DNA of 64,000 nucleotides from Hemiscyllium ocellatum. Taxonomy: Eukaryota. The stretch is taken from positions 930,001-994,000 of the forward strand of contig NW_026867509.1 in the NCBI RefSeq assembly GCF_020745735.1, written 5' to 3'. A program made the position numbers and the translations under genes. How positions within the stretch are numbered: the stretch's first letter is position 1; the number at the start of each line of letters is the position of its first letter. Of this stretch, positions 11,114 through 21,983 are shown one piece after another. A model generated the notes under the pieces. It ran no database searches. It was not told where the DNA came from and saw only the letters and a list, made by a program, of their open reading frames with translations.

Positions 11114-11727
11114 AACAGAAACGATGCTTTGCTTGTACTACAGACAATTAACACATCTGCCGAGTCCTGATTGTTATACCTCTCCTTTCTTCCCTTGGTG
11201 AATATTGTGAATGGACTAAGGACACAATCTGGTGGTGGTTTTGGAAAATTAAGTCTAAATGTTTAATCAAATAAATTTAATGTTTCTGCTTTTTTTTTGC
11301 AATGAAACCGATATTATCATGAGGACAAACAATTGCTCCTCAATTTCAACGATTGAGGACATCTACATTGTTATTTATCTGTTTTTAATCAGACTAATAA
11401 TTAATTTTTTTTAAAAATGTGTGTCATACATTCTTCGGAAGTGACGTCTCCACCAAAGTTTCTTGCGTATTATTCATGCTGTAATAGGGCTAGGATTTCT
11501 AGAAGTTTCAATATTCATGCAAATGAAAATGAAATGCAACAGGTGAATTGAACACGTTCCTTTAATTTACCATGTTCTGATCGTTGAGAGCACGGGTAAG
11601 TGGAGCTGAGTCCACAAAACAAATCAACAATTAGCTTATTATAAGGCGGAGCAGGCTTAAAGCGTCGAAGCCCCTATTCCTGCTCTTAATTCTAGTGTTC
11701 CTATCACAGTCAACTGGAACACGCAGT

Positions 11728-11850
11728 TTTCTGATGAAGAGTCACCGGCCTCAAAATTCTTACTCTGCTTTCTCCCAACAGCTGCTGCCAGATCTCCTGA
11801 GTTGCGCCAGCAACTTGAGTTTAGTTTCAGATCTTCAGCATGCACAGCAC
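11728..11850 (+). mobile_element. Short Penelope-derived dispersed repeat with a degenerate hammerhead motif. Related copies at ~230-340, ~1,670-1,770, ~3,960-4,075, ~35,100-35,230, ~50,480-50,600, 52,320-52,412 and 57,963-58,090
   Basis: CTGATGA-AGAGTC-ACCG-GCCTC-AAAAT, followed by ..ctgctgccaga(c/t)c..ctgag.. shared among copies. Confidence 0.6.
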
Positions 11851-12502
11851 GTTATTTTATTGTTATGGTACAGACAATAATATGAAATACCAATTAACGA
11901 TTGTTCTGATATAATGTTTGAAAGTTCTATCCAGGAAGTGGACTTTGACAAAACACTTTTTTGTTTGCATATCTCGATGAGTTGGCAATTTACACGACTT
12001 TAATCTTTCCTGTGGTGTATCTATATGCTGCACAGTACAGTTTTTTCAAACTTAACACCGACAGGTCGGCGTTATTCTGGACCTGCAAATCGACAACGTG
12101 ACATTTTGGAACTGTTATCATGAAGATGCAATGGCAGTACACAACAACCCACAATGTGGAGGTTGTTTCAGTGTCTCATTATTAGAATTTTGTGACAGGT
12201 CATTGTATCTCAAACAGGATACTACAGTTCCCTGTTTTGCCTGAAGATTTTGCTGGATCAAAACGAGTCCCTGAATTTTCTATCGCACGTCATTCCTAAA
12301 ACAATAAAACGTTTTGGAACACCATGAAGGATGCAAAATAAATTAGTTGTTTTCTGTTCTCGAAATTGACGGCATTCCTTTCAATAATAGATTTATACCA
12401 ATTAAAGTGTTGTGTCCGAATGATAAGTATCAGCTATCACCTTGAACTCCGGAACCACATTAGATCCACTCCTGATCTCAATGTTTGCCTAGACGCTCCG
12501 AG

Positions 12503-12541
12503 AGTTTTTGTACACGGTCAGCCAAGTTCTGAGTCTCTGTG
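12503..12541 (-). other. 23-RSS of V2
   Basis: Minus strand: CACAGAG, 23-nt spacer ACTCAGAACTTGGCTGACCGTGT, nonamer ACAAAAACT. Confidence 0.93.
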
Positions 12542-12842
12542 GGACTCAGTGCGCAGTAATACACTGCAGTGTCTGTGAGTACTGTTTTCAAAACCTTCAG
12601 CTGCATAGTGCGGTTCACATGGTCAAAGTCCCAGGAGAGCTTGTCTGGTAGAAAACTCGTTTTCTGGCTATATTGGTTAATCTGCAGCAGAACATTCATG
12701 GACCCGTTGGAAGGTTAACGGTACCAGAACAGAGCAGGATTGCTGTTTATTGTAGAGTACTGACAGAACAACAGGGCATCATCACCCTCGTTTACTGTGA
12801 TTTCAGGCGGAGTTTGTGCGACAGAATCGCCATGACAAAGTC
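12542..12842 (-). pseudogene. TCR alpha/delta V exon V2 (same family as V1), nonsense mutation
   Basis: Acceptor CTTACAG|GA; GLCHGDSVAQTPPEITVNEGDDALLFCQYSTINSNPALFWYR*PSNG..DTAVYYCALSP; TAA at 12,717-12,715. Confidence 0.93.
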
Positions 12843-13297
12843 CTGTAAGAGCCAAGAATTAAAGAAATTTAATGAGGTACTTCAACATTCTTATCTCATA
12901 TACTCAGCCAGTTTACCTTCATCAACAACCCGAGAAAGAAAAAAATCAGGGAATTTGGACTGGGATCAATTTCATATTAGGAGATCATTCCCCATTTCAT
13001 CTCCCACAACGTGAAAGGAAAACTGAAATATATTGGTGAATATAAAACACTCCGTTCTGTCGAATTATCTCAATGGCCTCGGTCCTGCCTGAATTTGCCG
13101 TCTAACTATTCCACTGCCATTCACTCACGTAAATTTGCTAATTTCTCTCGAAATCTGCTCATTGTTGGGGAAAGCTTAGATCTGAATAGTTTTATTTAGG
13201 AGAATGTATTCTTACTTCTGCATCACTCAAATTGATCGAGTAAACGTAAGTCCCAGCAAAGAGCTGACACACATAAGTAGACAAGCTTTCAACGTAC

Positions 13298-13349
13298 CAG
13301 TGAGAAGACCTATAGTTCAGAGGAGTAAACAAAGAGCTCCAGGTAACAT
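13298..13349 (-). pseudogene. Leader exon of V2 with in-frame stop
   Basis: 52 nt: ATG TTA CCT GGA GCT CTT TGT TTA CTC CTC TGA ACT ATA GGT CTT CTC ACT G|GTACGT. Upstream region is homologous to that of V1 and contains a TGACG half-CRE at ~13,389-13,393. Confidence 0.85.
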
Positions 13350-13645
13350 GTTTGCAGAGAATTTGCGATGAATGTGAGCAGAACTGGCTGACGCTAAAAT
13401 GGGTTTCATCAAGAGTAGGGTAATTGAGGTTGAGTAATTTCCGGATCTCTCCTCGTTGGATCATTGTTGCTCAAGGCATCACATGATAGCCAATGAGCTA
13501 CAGGCTCCCTTATTACTCAATTCCGCCATTCAGCTTCAAGCTCTTTTGAGCTCCACTTCATATTATAGAACATAGAACATAGAAAGATACAGCGCAGTAC
13601 AGGCCCTTCGGCCCTCGATGTTGCGCCGACCGAATCCTACCTAAC

Positions 13646-16549
13646 CTACACGAGCCCAATAACTTCCAAATGCCTATCCAATGCCCGCTTAAATGACCAT
13701 AAAGAAGGAGAGTTCACCACTGCTACTGGCAGGGCATTCCATGAACTCACAACCCGCTGTGTAAAGAATCTACCCCTAACATCTGTCCTATACCTACCAC
13801 CCCTTAATTTAAAGCTGTGTCCCCTAGTAACACCTGACTCCATTAGCGGTAAAAGGTTCTCAGTGTCGACCCTATCTAAACCCCTAATCATCTTATACAC
13901 CTCTATCAAATCTCCCCTAAACCTTCTCTTCTCCAATGAGAACAGCCCCAAGTGCCTCAGCCTTTCCTCATAAGATTTTCCTACCATTCCAGGCAACATC
14001 CTGGTAAACCTCCTCTGCACTCGTTCCAATGCCTCCACATCCTTCCTATAGTATGGCGACCAAAACTGCACACAATACTCCAGATGAGGCCGCACCAGAG
14101 TCTTATACAGTTGCAACATGACCTCAGGACTCCGGAACTCAATTCCTCTACCAATAAAGCCCAGTACACCATATGCCTTCCTCACAGCACTATTTACCTG
14201 GGTGGCAACTTTCAGAGATCTGTGTACATGGACACCAAGATCCCTCTGCTCATCCACACTACCAAATAGCCTACCATTAGCCCAGTAATCCATCTTCTTG
14301 TTACTCCTACCAAAGTGAATGACTTCACACTTAGCTACATTGAATTCCATTTGCCACATTTCTGCCCAGCTCTGCAACTTATCTATATCCCGCTGTAACC
14401 TACCACTTCCTTCCTCACTATCCACAACTCCACCGACTTTTGTGTCATCCGCAAACTTGCTTACCCAGCTTTCAAGCCCTTCCTCTAGATCATTTATAAA
14501 GATAACAAAAAGCAATGGTCCCAAAACAGATCCTTGTGGTACACCGCTAGTAACTGCACTCCAAGATGAACATAGTCCATCAACTACTACCCTCTGTCTC
14601 CTTCCAGCCAGCCAATTCCTAATCCAAACCTCTAATGTATCCTCAATGCCATACCTCCGTAGTTTTAGCATTAGCCTACCATGGGGAACCTCATCGAACG
14701 CCTTACTAAAATCCATATACACAACATCTACTGCTTTACCCTCGTCCACTTCCTTAGTCACCTTCTCAAAGAACTCAATAAGGTTTGTGAGGCACGACCT
14801 GCCCTTCACAAAACCATGCTGGCTATCCTTGATCACGTTATTCCTATCCAGATGTTCATAAATCTTATCCCTTACCATTCTCTCTAAGACTTTGCCCACC
14901 ACTGAAGTCAGACTCACTGGCCTATACTTACTAGGGCTATCCCTACTCCCTTTCTTGAACAAGGGGACCACATTCGCTATCCTCCAGTCCTCTGGTACTA
15001 TTCCCGTTGACAATGACGATATAAAAATCCAGGTCAATGGCTCTGCTATCTCCTCCCTAGCTTCCCATAGGATCCTAAGGTAAATGCCATCAGGCCCAGG
15101 AGACTTATCTATTTTCATCCTCTCCAATATTCCCAGAACCTCTTCCCTGCATATTTCCAGGCCATCCATTCTAATCATTTGTGACTCCATATTCACATCA
15201 GCAACAGTGTCCTGTTCCTGAGTGAATACTGATGAAAAGTATTGATTTAGTGTCTCTCCAATCTCCTCCGCCTCCACACACAACTTCCCACTACTATCCT
15301 TGACTGGACCGATACCTACCCTAGTCATCCTTTTATTCCTGACATACCTATAGAAAGCCTTTGGGTTTTCCCTAATCCTACCAGCTAAAGACTTTTCATG
15401 TCCCCTTCTCGCTTCTCTTAGCTCTCTCTTTACATCCTTCCTGGCTACCTTATAACTCTCTATCGCCCCAACCGAACCTTCACGCCTCATCTTTACATAT
15501 GCCGCCTTCTTCCCTTTCGCAAGGGATTCCAATTCCTTACTAAACCACGGCTGCCTCACAAGGCCCTTTACACCATGCCTGACTGGTACATATTTATCGA
15601 GGACACGTAGTAGCTGCTCCTTGAACAATCCCCACATCTCATTAGTGTTCTTCTCTTGAAGCCTGTTTTTCCAGTCCACACATCCTAAGTCATGCCTCAC
15701 TGCCTCATAATGTCCCTGCCCCCAGCTATAACTCTTGCCCTGCGGCGCACACTTATCCCTCTCCATCACTAAAGTAAAAGTCACCGAGTTGTGGTCACTG
15801 TCACTGAAGTGCTCACCTACCTCCAAGTCTAACACCTGGCCTGGTTCATTACCTAGAACCAAGTCCAGTATAGCCTCACCTCTTGTTGGCCTGTCTACAT
15901 ATTGTGTCAGGAAACCCTCCTGCACACATTGGACAAACACCGACCCATCTAATGAACTCGAGCTATAGCTCTCCCAGTCAATATCTGGGAAGTTAAAGTC
16001 CCCCATAACAACCACCCGACTACCTTCACTCTTTTCCTGAATCATCCTCGCAATATTATCCTCTACTTCTCTAGGACTATTAGGAGGCCTGTAGAAAACA
16101 CCTAACAGGGTGACCTCACCTTTCCTATTTCTAACCTCAGCCCAAACTACCTCAGATTGCAAGTCCTCTTCCATCGTCCATTCCACTGCTGTAATACTAT
16201 CTTTGACAAGTAATGCCACACCTCCCCCTTTTTTACCCCCATGTCTGATCCTACTAAAACATTTAAACCCTGGAACCTGCAACAGCCATTCTTGTCCCTG
16301 TTCTACCCACGTCTCTGTAATGGCCACAACATCGAAGTCCCAGGTACTAACCCACGCTGCAAGTTCACCTACCTTATTTCTTATACTTCTGGCATTGAAG
16401 TATACACACTTCAATCCACCCTTCTGTTTACAGGCACCCTCCTTTGAGATCGCTGCATTATTCATAACCTCCCTACACTCAAGGTCCTGTACCCTAAAGC
16501 TACAGTCCAGGTTCCCATGCCCCGGCGGAGTTAGTTTAAACCCTCCCAA
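13646..16549 (-). CDS. CR1 ORF2 (APE endonuclease + reverse transcriptase), uninterrupted; first ATG at 16,465
   Basis: 967-codon open frame: YFNARSIRNK, GVFYRPP, MGDFNFP, SDH (APE); PGPDG, GVPQGSVLGP, FADD, LERVQRRFTRM (RT). Confidence 0.96.
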   Translation of the reverse strand: MGGFKLTPPGHGNLDCSFRVQDLECREVMNNAAISKEGACKQKGGLKCVYFNARSIRNKVGELAAWVSTWDFDVVAITETWVEQGQEWLLQVPGFKCFSRIRHGGKKGGGVALLVKDSITAVEWTMEEDLQSEVVWAEVRNRKGEVTLLGVFYRPPNSPREVEDNIARMIQEKSEGSRVVVMGDFNFPDIDWESYSSSSLDGSVFVQCVQEGFLTQYVDRPTRGEAILDLVLGNEPGQVLDLEVGEHFSDSDHNSVTFTLVMERDKCAPQGKSYSWGQGHYEAVRHDLGCVDWKNRLQEKNTNEMWGLFKEQLLRVLDKYVPVRHGVKGLVRQPWFSKELESLAKGKKAAYVKMRREGSVGAIESYKVARKDVKRELREARRGHEKSLAGRIRENPKAFYRYVRNKRMTRVGIGPVKDSSGKLCVEAEEIGETLNQYFSSVFTQEQDTVADVNMESQMIRMDGLEICREEVLGILERMKIDKSPGPDGIYLRILWEAREEIAEPLTWIFISSLSTGIVPEDWRIANVVPLFKKGSRDSPSKYRPVSLTSVVGKVLERMVRDKIYEHLDRNNVIKDSQHGFVKGRSCLTNLIEFFEKVTKEVDEGKAVDVVYMDFSKAFDEVPHGRLMLKLRRYGIEDTLEVWIRNWLAGRRQRVVVDGLCSSWSAVTSGVPQGSVLGPLLFVIFINDLEEGLESWVSKFADDTKVGGVVDSEEGSGRLQRDIDKLQSWAEMWQMEFNVAKCEVIHFGRSNKKMDYWANGRLFGSVDEQRDLGVHVHRSLKVATQVNSAVRKAYGVLGFIGRGIEFRSPEVMLQLYKTLVRPHLEYCVQFWSPYYRKDVEALERVQRRFTRMLPGMVGKSYEERLRHLGLFSLEKRRFRGDLIEVYKMIRGLDRVDTENLLPLMESGVTRGHSFKLRGGRYRTDVRGRFFTQRVVSSWNALPVAVVNSPSLWSFKRALDRHLEVIGLV

Positions 16550-17404
16550 AGAGCACTAGCAAACCTCCCCCCAAGGATACTGGTGCCCCTCAGGTTCAGG
16601 TGTAGACCATCCTTTTTATAGAGGTCCCACCTTCCCCAGAAAGAACCCCAGTTGTCCAGAAACCGGAATCCCTCCCTCCTGCACCATCCCTGTAGCCACG
16701 CATTTAACTGCTGTCTCTCCCTATTCCTCGACTCTCTATCACGTGGCACGGGTAACAAACCAGAGACTACAACTCTGTTTGTTCTAACTCTGAGCTTCCA
16801 ACCTAGCTCCCTGAAAGCCTGTCTGACATCCTCACCCCTCTTCCTACCTATATCGTTGGTGCCAACGTGGACCACGATCTGGGGCTGATCCCCCTCCCCC
16901 TTAAGGACCCGGAAAACACGATCAGCGACATCACGTAACCTTGCACCTGGGAGGCAACATACCAAACGTAAGTCACTTTCGCCCCCACAAAACCGTCTGT
17001 CTGTACCTCTCACTATCGAGTCCCCAAGAACTATCGCTCTACCTTTCACCACCCTTCCCTTCTGAGCAACGGGGCCAGGCTCCGTGCCAGAGGCCTGAAC
17101 CTCGTTGCTTGCCCCTGGTAAGTCATCCCCCCCACAAGTATCCAAAACGGTATACTTGTTCTTGAGGGGAATGACCGCAGGGGGTCCCTGCACTGGCTTC
17201 CTCCTCCCACTCCCCCTCACTGTCACCCATCTATCTTGAACTTTCGGAGTAACTACTTCCCTAAAGCTCTGATCTATGACCCTCTCTGCCTCCCGAATGA
17301 TCCGCAGTTCAACCAAATCCAGCTCCAGTTCCCTAACACGGGCTTGGAGGAGCTGGAGATGGGTGCACTTCTTGCAAGTGTACTCAGCAGGGACGCTAAT
17401 GGCT
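16531..17404 (-). CDS. CR1 ORF1 (N-terminus lost at the fold-back; Cys motif, coiled coil, SGNH esterase domain)
   Basis: EYTCKKC..LQARVRELELDL..; GDSIVRG, GTND, DGLHLN (SGNH blocks known from CR1 ORF1). Confidence 0.9.
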
Positions 17405-18262
17405 TCCCTGCTGAGTACACTTGCAAGAAGTGCACCCATCTCCAGCTCCTCCAAGCCCGTGTTAGGGAACTGGAGCTGGATTTGGATGAACTGCGGATCA
17501 TTCGGGAGGCAGAGAGGGTCATAGATCAGAGCTTTAGGGAAGTAGTTACTCCGAAAGTTCAAGATAGATGGGTGACAGTGAGGGGGAGTGGGAGGAGGAA
17601 GCCAGTGCAGGGACCCCCTGCGGTCATTCCCCTCAAGAACAAGTATACCGTTTTGGATACTTGTGGGGGGGATGACTAACCAGGGGCAAGCAACGAGGTT
17701 CAGGCCTCTGGCACGGAGCCTGGCCCCGTTGCTCAGAGGGAAGGGTGGTGAAAGGTAGAGCGATAGTTCTTGGGGACTCGATAGTGAGGGGTACAGACAG
17801 ACGGTTTTGTGGGGGCGAAAGTGACTCACGTTTGGTATGTTGCCTCCCAGGTGCAAGGTTACGTGATGTCGCTGATCGTGTTTTCCGGGTCCTTAAGGGG
17901 GAGGGGGATCAGCCCCAGATCGTGGTCCACGTTGGCACCAACGATATAGGTAGGAAGAGGGGTGAGGATGTCAGACAGGCTTTCAGGGAGCTAGGTTGGA
18001 AGCTCAGAGTTAGAACAAACAGAGTTGTAGTCTCTGGTTTGTTACCCGTGCCACGTGATAGAGAGTCGAGGAATAGGGAGAGACAGCAGTTAAATGCGTG
18101 GCTACAGGGATGGTGCAGGAGGGAGGGATTCCGGTTTCTGGACAACTGGGGTTCTTTCTGGGGAAGGTGGGACCTCTATAAAAAGGATGGTCTACACCTG
18201 AACCTGAGGGGCACCAGTATCCTTGGGGGGAGGTTTGCTAGTGCTCTTTGGAGGGTTTAAAC
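17405..18262 (+). pseudogene. Right-arm CR1 ORF1, disrupted
   Basis: Mirror of the left ORF1 with TAA at 17,677-17,679 and 1-bp deletions at ~17,737 and ~18,251. Confidence 0.9.
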
Positions 18263-21150
18263 TAACTCCGCCGGGGCATGGGAACCTGGACTGTAGCTTT
18301 AGGGTACAGGACCTTGAGTGTAGGGAGGTTATGAATATTGCAGCGATCTCAAAGGAGGGTGCCTGTAAACAGAAGGGTGGATTGACGTGTGTATACTTCA
18401 ATGCCAGAAGTATAAGAAATAAGGTAGGTGAACTTGCAGCGTGGGTTGGTACCTGGGACTTCGATGTTGTGGCCATTACAGAGACGTGGGTAGAACAGGG
18501 ACAAGAATGGCTGTTGCAGGTTCCAGGGTTTAAATGTTTTAGTAGGATCAGACATGGGGGTAAAAAAGGGGGAGGTGTGGCATTACTTGTCAAAGATAGT
18601 ATTACAGCAGTGGAATGGACGATGGAAGAGGACTTGCCATCTGAGGTAGTTTGGGCTGAGGTTAGAAATAGGAAAGGTGAGGTCACCCTGTTAGGTGTTT
18701 TCTACAGGTCTCCTAATAGTCCTAGAGAAGTAGAGGATAATATTGCGAGGATGATTCAGAAAAAGAGTGAAGGTAGTCGGGTGGTTGTTATGGGGGACTT
18801 TAACTTCCCAGATATTGACTGGGAGAGCTATAGCTCGAGTTCATTAGATGGGTCGGTGTTTGTCCAATGTGTGCAGGAGGGTGTCCTGACACAATATGTA
18901 GACAGGCCAACAAGAGGTGAGGCTATACTGGACTTGGTTCTAGGTAATGAACCAGGCCAGGTGTTAGACTTGGAGGTAGGTGAGCACTTCGGTGACAGTG
19001 ACCACAACTCGGTGACTTTTACTTTAGTGATGGAGAGGGATAAGTGTGCGCCGCAGGGCAAGAGTTATAGCTGGGGGTAGGGAAATTATGAGGCAGTGAG
19101 GCATGACTTAGGATGTGTGGACTGGAAAAACAGGCTTCAAGAGAAGAACACTAATGAGATGTGGGGATTGTTCAAGGAGCAGCTACTACGCGTCCTCGAT
19201 AAATATGTACCAGTCAGGCATGGTGTAAAGGGCCTTGTGAGGCAGCCGTGGTTTAGTAAGGAATTGGAATCCCTTGCGAAAGGGAAGAAGGCGGCATATG
19301 TAAAGATGAGGCGTGAAGGTTCGGTTGGGGCGATAGAGAGTTATAAGGTAGCCAGGAAGGATGTAATGAGAGAGCTAAGAGAAGCGAGAAGGGGACATGA
19401 AAAGTCTTTAGCTGGTAGGATTAGGGAAAACCCAAAGGCTTTCTATAGGTATGTCAGGAATAAAAGGATGACTGGGGTCGGTATCGGTCCAGTCAAGGAT
19501 AGTAGTGGGAAGTTGTGTGTGGAGGCGGAGGAGATTGGAGAGACACTAAATCAATACTTTTCATCAGTATTCACTCAGGAACAGGACACTGTTGCTGATG
19601 TGAATATGGAGTCACAAATGATTAGAATGGATGGCCTGGAAATATGCAGGGAAGAGGTTCTGGGAATATTGGAGAGGATGAAAATAGATAAGTCTCCTGG
19701 GCCTGATGGCATTTACCTTAGGATCCTATGGGAAGCTAGGGAGGAGATAGCAGAGCCATTGACCTGGATTTTTATATTGTCATTGTCAACGGGATTAGTA
19801 CCAGAGGACTGGAGGATAGCGAATGTGGTCCCCTTGTTCAAGAAAGGGAGTAGGGATAGCCCTAGTAAGTATAGGCCAGTGAGTCTGACTTCAGAGGTGG
19901 GCAAAGTCTTAGAGAGAATGGTAAGGGATAAGATTTATGAACATCTGGATAGGAATAACGTGATCAAGGATAGCCAGCATGGTTTTGTGAAGGGCAGGTC
20001 GTGCCTCACAAACCTTATTGAGTTCTTTGAGAAGGTGACTAAGGAAGTGGACGAGGGTAAAGCAGTAGATGTTGTGTATATGGATTTTAGTAAGGCGTTC
20101 GATAAGGTTCCCCATGGTAGGCTAATGCTAAAACTACGGAGGTATGGCATTGAGGATACATTAGAGGTTTGGATTAGGAATTGGCTGGCTGGAAGGAGAC
20201 AGAGGGTAGTAGTTGATGGACTATGTTCATCTTGGAGTGCAGTTACTAGCGGTGTACCACAAGGATCTGTTTTGGGACCATTGCTTTTTGTTATCTTTAT
20301 AAATGATCTAGAGGAAGGGCTTGAAAGCTGGGTAAGCAAGTTTGCGGATGACACAAAAGTCGGTGGAGTTGTGGATAGTGAGGAAGGAAGTGGTAGGTTA
20401 CAGCTGGATATAGATAAGTTGCAGAGCTGGGCAGAAATGTGGCAAATGGAATTCAATGTAGCTAAGTGTGAAGTCATTCACTTTGGTAGGAGTAACAAGA
20501 AGATGGATTACTGGGCTAATGGTAGGCTATTAGGTAGTGTGGATGAGCAGAGGGATCTTGGTGTCCATGTACACAGATCTCTGAAAGTTGCCACCCAGGT
20601 AAATAGTGCTGTGAGGAAGGCATATGGTGTACTGGGCTTTATTGGTAGAGGAATTGAGTTCCGGAGTCCTGAGGTCATGTTGCAACTGTATAAGACTCTG
20701 GTGCGGCCTCATCTGGAGTATTGTGTGCAGTTTTGGTCGCCATACTATAGGAAGGATGTGGAGGCATTGGAACGAGTGCAGAGGAGGTTTACCAGGATGT
20801 TGCCTGGAATGGTAGGAAAATCTTATGAGGAAAGGCTGAGGCACTTGGGGCTGTTCTCATTGGAGAAGAGAAGGTTTAGGGGAGATTTGATAGAGGTGTA
20901 TAAGAAGATTAGGGGTTTAGATAGGGTCGACACTGAGAACCTTTTACTGCTAATGGAGTCAGGTGTTACGAGGGGACACAGCTTTAAATTAAGGGGTGGT
21001 AGGAACTTGACAGATGTTAGGGGTAGATTCTTTACACAGCGGGTTGTGAGTTCATGGAATGCCCTGCCAGTAGCAGTGGTGAACTCTCCTTCTTTATGGT
21101 CATTTAAGCGGGCATTGGATAGGCATTTGGAAGTTATTGGGCTAGTGTAG
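18244..21150 (+). pseudogene. Right-arm CR1 ORF2, one premature stop
   Basis: ORFs 18,223-19,080 and 19,096-21,150 are in frame and split by TAG at 19,078-19,080 (CAG in the left arm). Confidence 0.93.
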
Positions 21151-21239
21151 ATTAGCTAGGATTCGGTCGGCGCAACATCGAGGGCCGAAGGGCCTGTACT
21201 GCGCTGTAGCTTTCTATGTTCTATGTTCTATAAAAGGTA

Positions 21240-21980
21240 GGTGAGTTCTGAAACTACCATTTTGTGCTGGTATTTACGATAGAGAAGGAACTAGTGGAGT
21301 CTGAATTTACAATTCAAGTTACTATTAAAAAGGAAGACATGTTGTGTGCCTTAAAAATATCATTAAGTTAGATAGGTCCTCAGGTTCTCATCGGATCTAA
21401 GCCAGAAACTTGAGGGAGGCAAATAAGCAAATTGTTGAAGCATTGACAGACATTTTTATATCATGTTGGCTATAGGTGAAGTCCCAGAGTAGTGCAGAAC
21501 GTTTAATGTTGTCCCGTTGTTTAAGAAGAGTAGCAGGGATAATCCAGGAAATTACAGGCCTGTGAACCTCAGGTCAGTGGCACGGACATTATTGGAAAAC
21601 ATTCTCAGGGAGAAGATCTGTACGTATTCAGAGGCAATTGGACTTGTTAGTGATGCACAGCACGGTTTTGTGCAGGGACGATTTAGCCCCACTAACTTGT
21701 TTGAGTTATTTGAGGAGGAAATTAAGATGACTGATGAAAGAAATGTGTTGATGTTGTCGACAGGGACGTAAGTAAAATATTTCACTCACACGCTCATGAC
21801 AGACTGGTGTCAAACGTTGAAGTCACACGGCATCAGAATGAGCTGGAAGATGGTCACAGAACTGGCTTAGTAATAGGAGACAGATGGTAGTAGTGGAAGG
21901 CTGTTTTTCTGAATGGAGGTTTGTGACTAGTGATGCTCCACATGGATCATTGCAGGGACCTTTGCTGATCGTGGTCTACA
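21240..21980 (+). mobile_element. Degenerate CR1 ORF2 fragment
   Basis: ORF 21,517-21,771 FKKSSRDNPGNYRPV..AQHGFVQGR..LFE; many stops. Confidence 0.8.
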
Positions 21981-21983
21981 TAT

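Larger units (their letters stand above)
13563..21233. mobile_element. 7.67-kb palindrome of two head-to-head CR1 arms, axis at 17,399
   Basis: Mirror coordinates sum to 34,796-34,798. Both ends carry the (TTCTATG)n CR1 tail; only 17,394-17,404 at the centre is imperfectly paired. Confidence 0.97.

Noticed and set aside
13563-13590. (TAGAACA)n / (TTCTATG)n arrays as CRISPR-like or satellite units
   Set aside because: These are the ordinary CR1 3' microsatellite tails, with no spacers; the DNA is eukaryotic.
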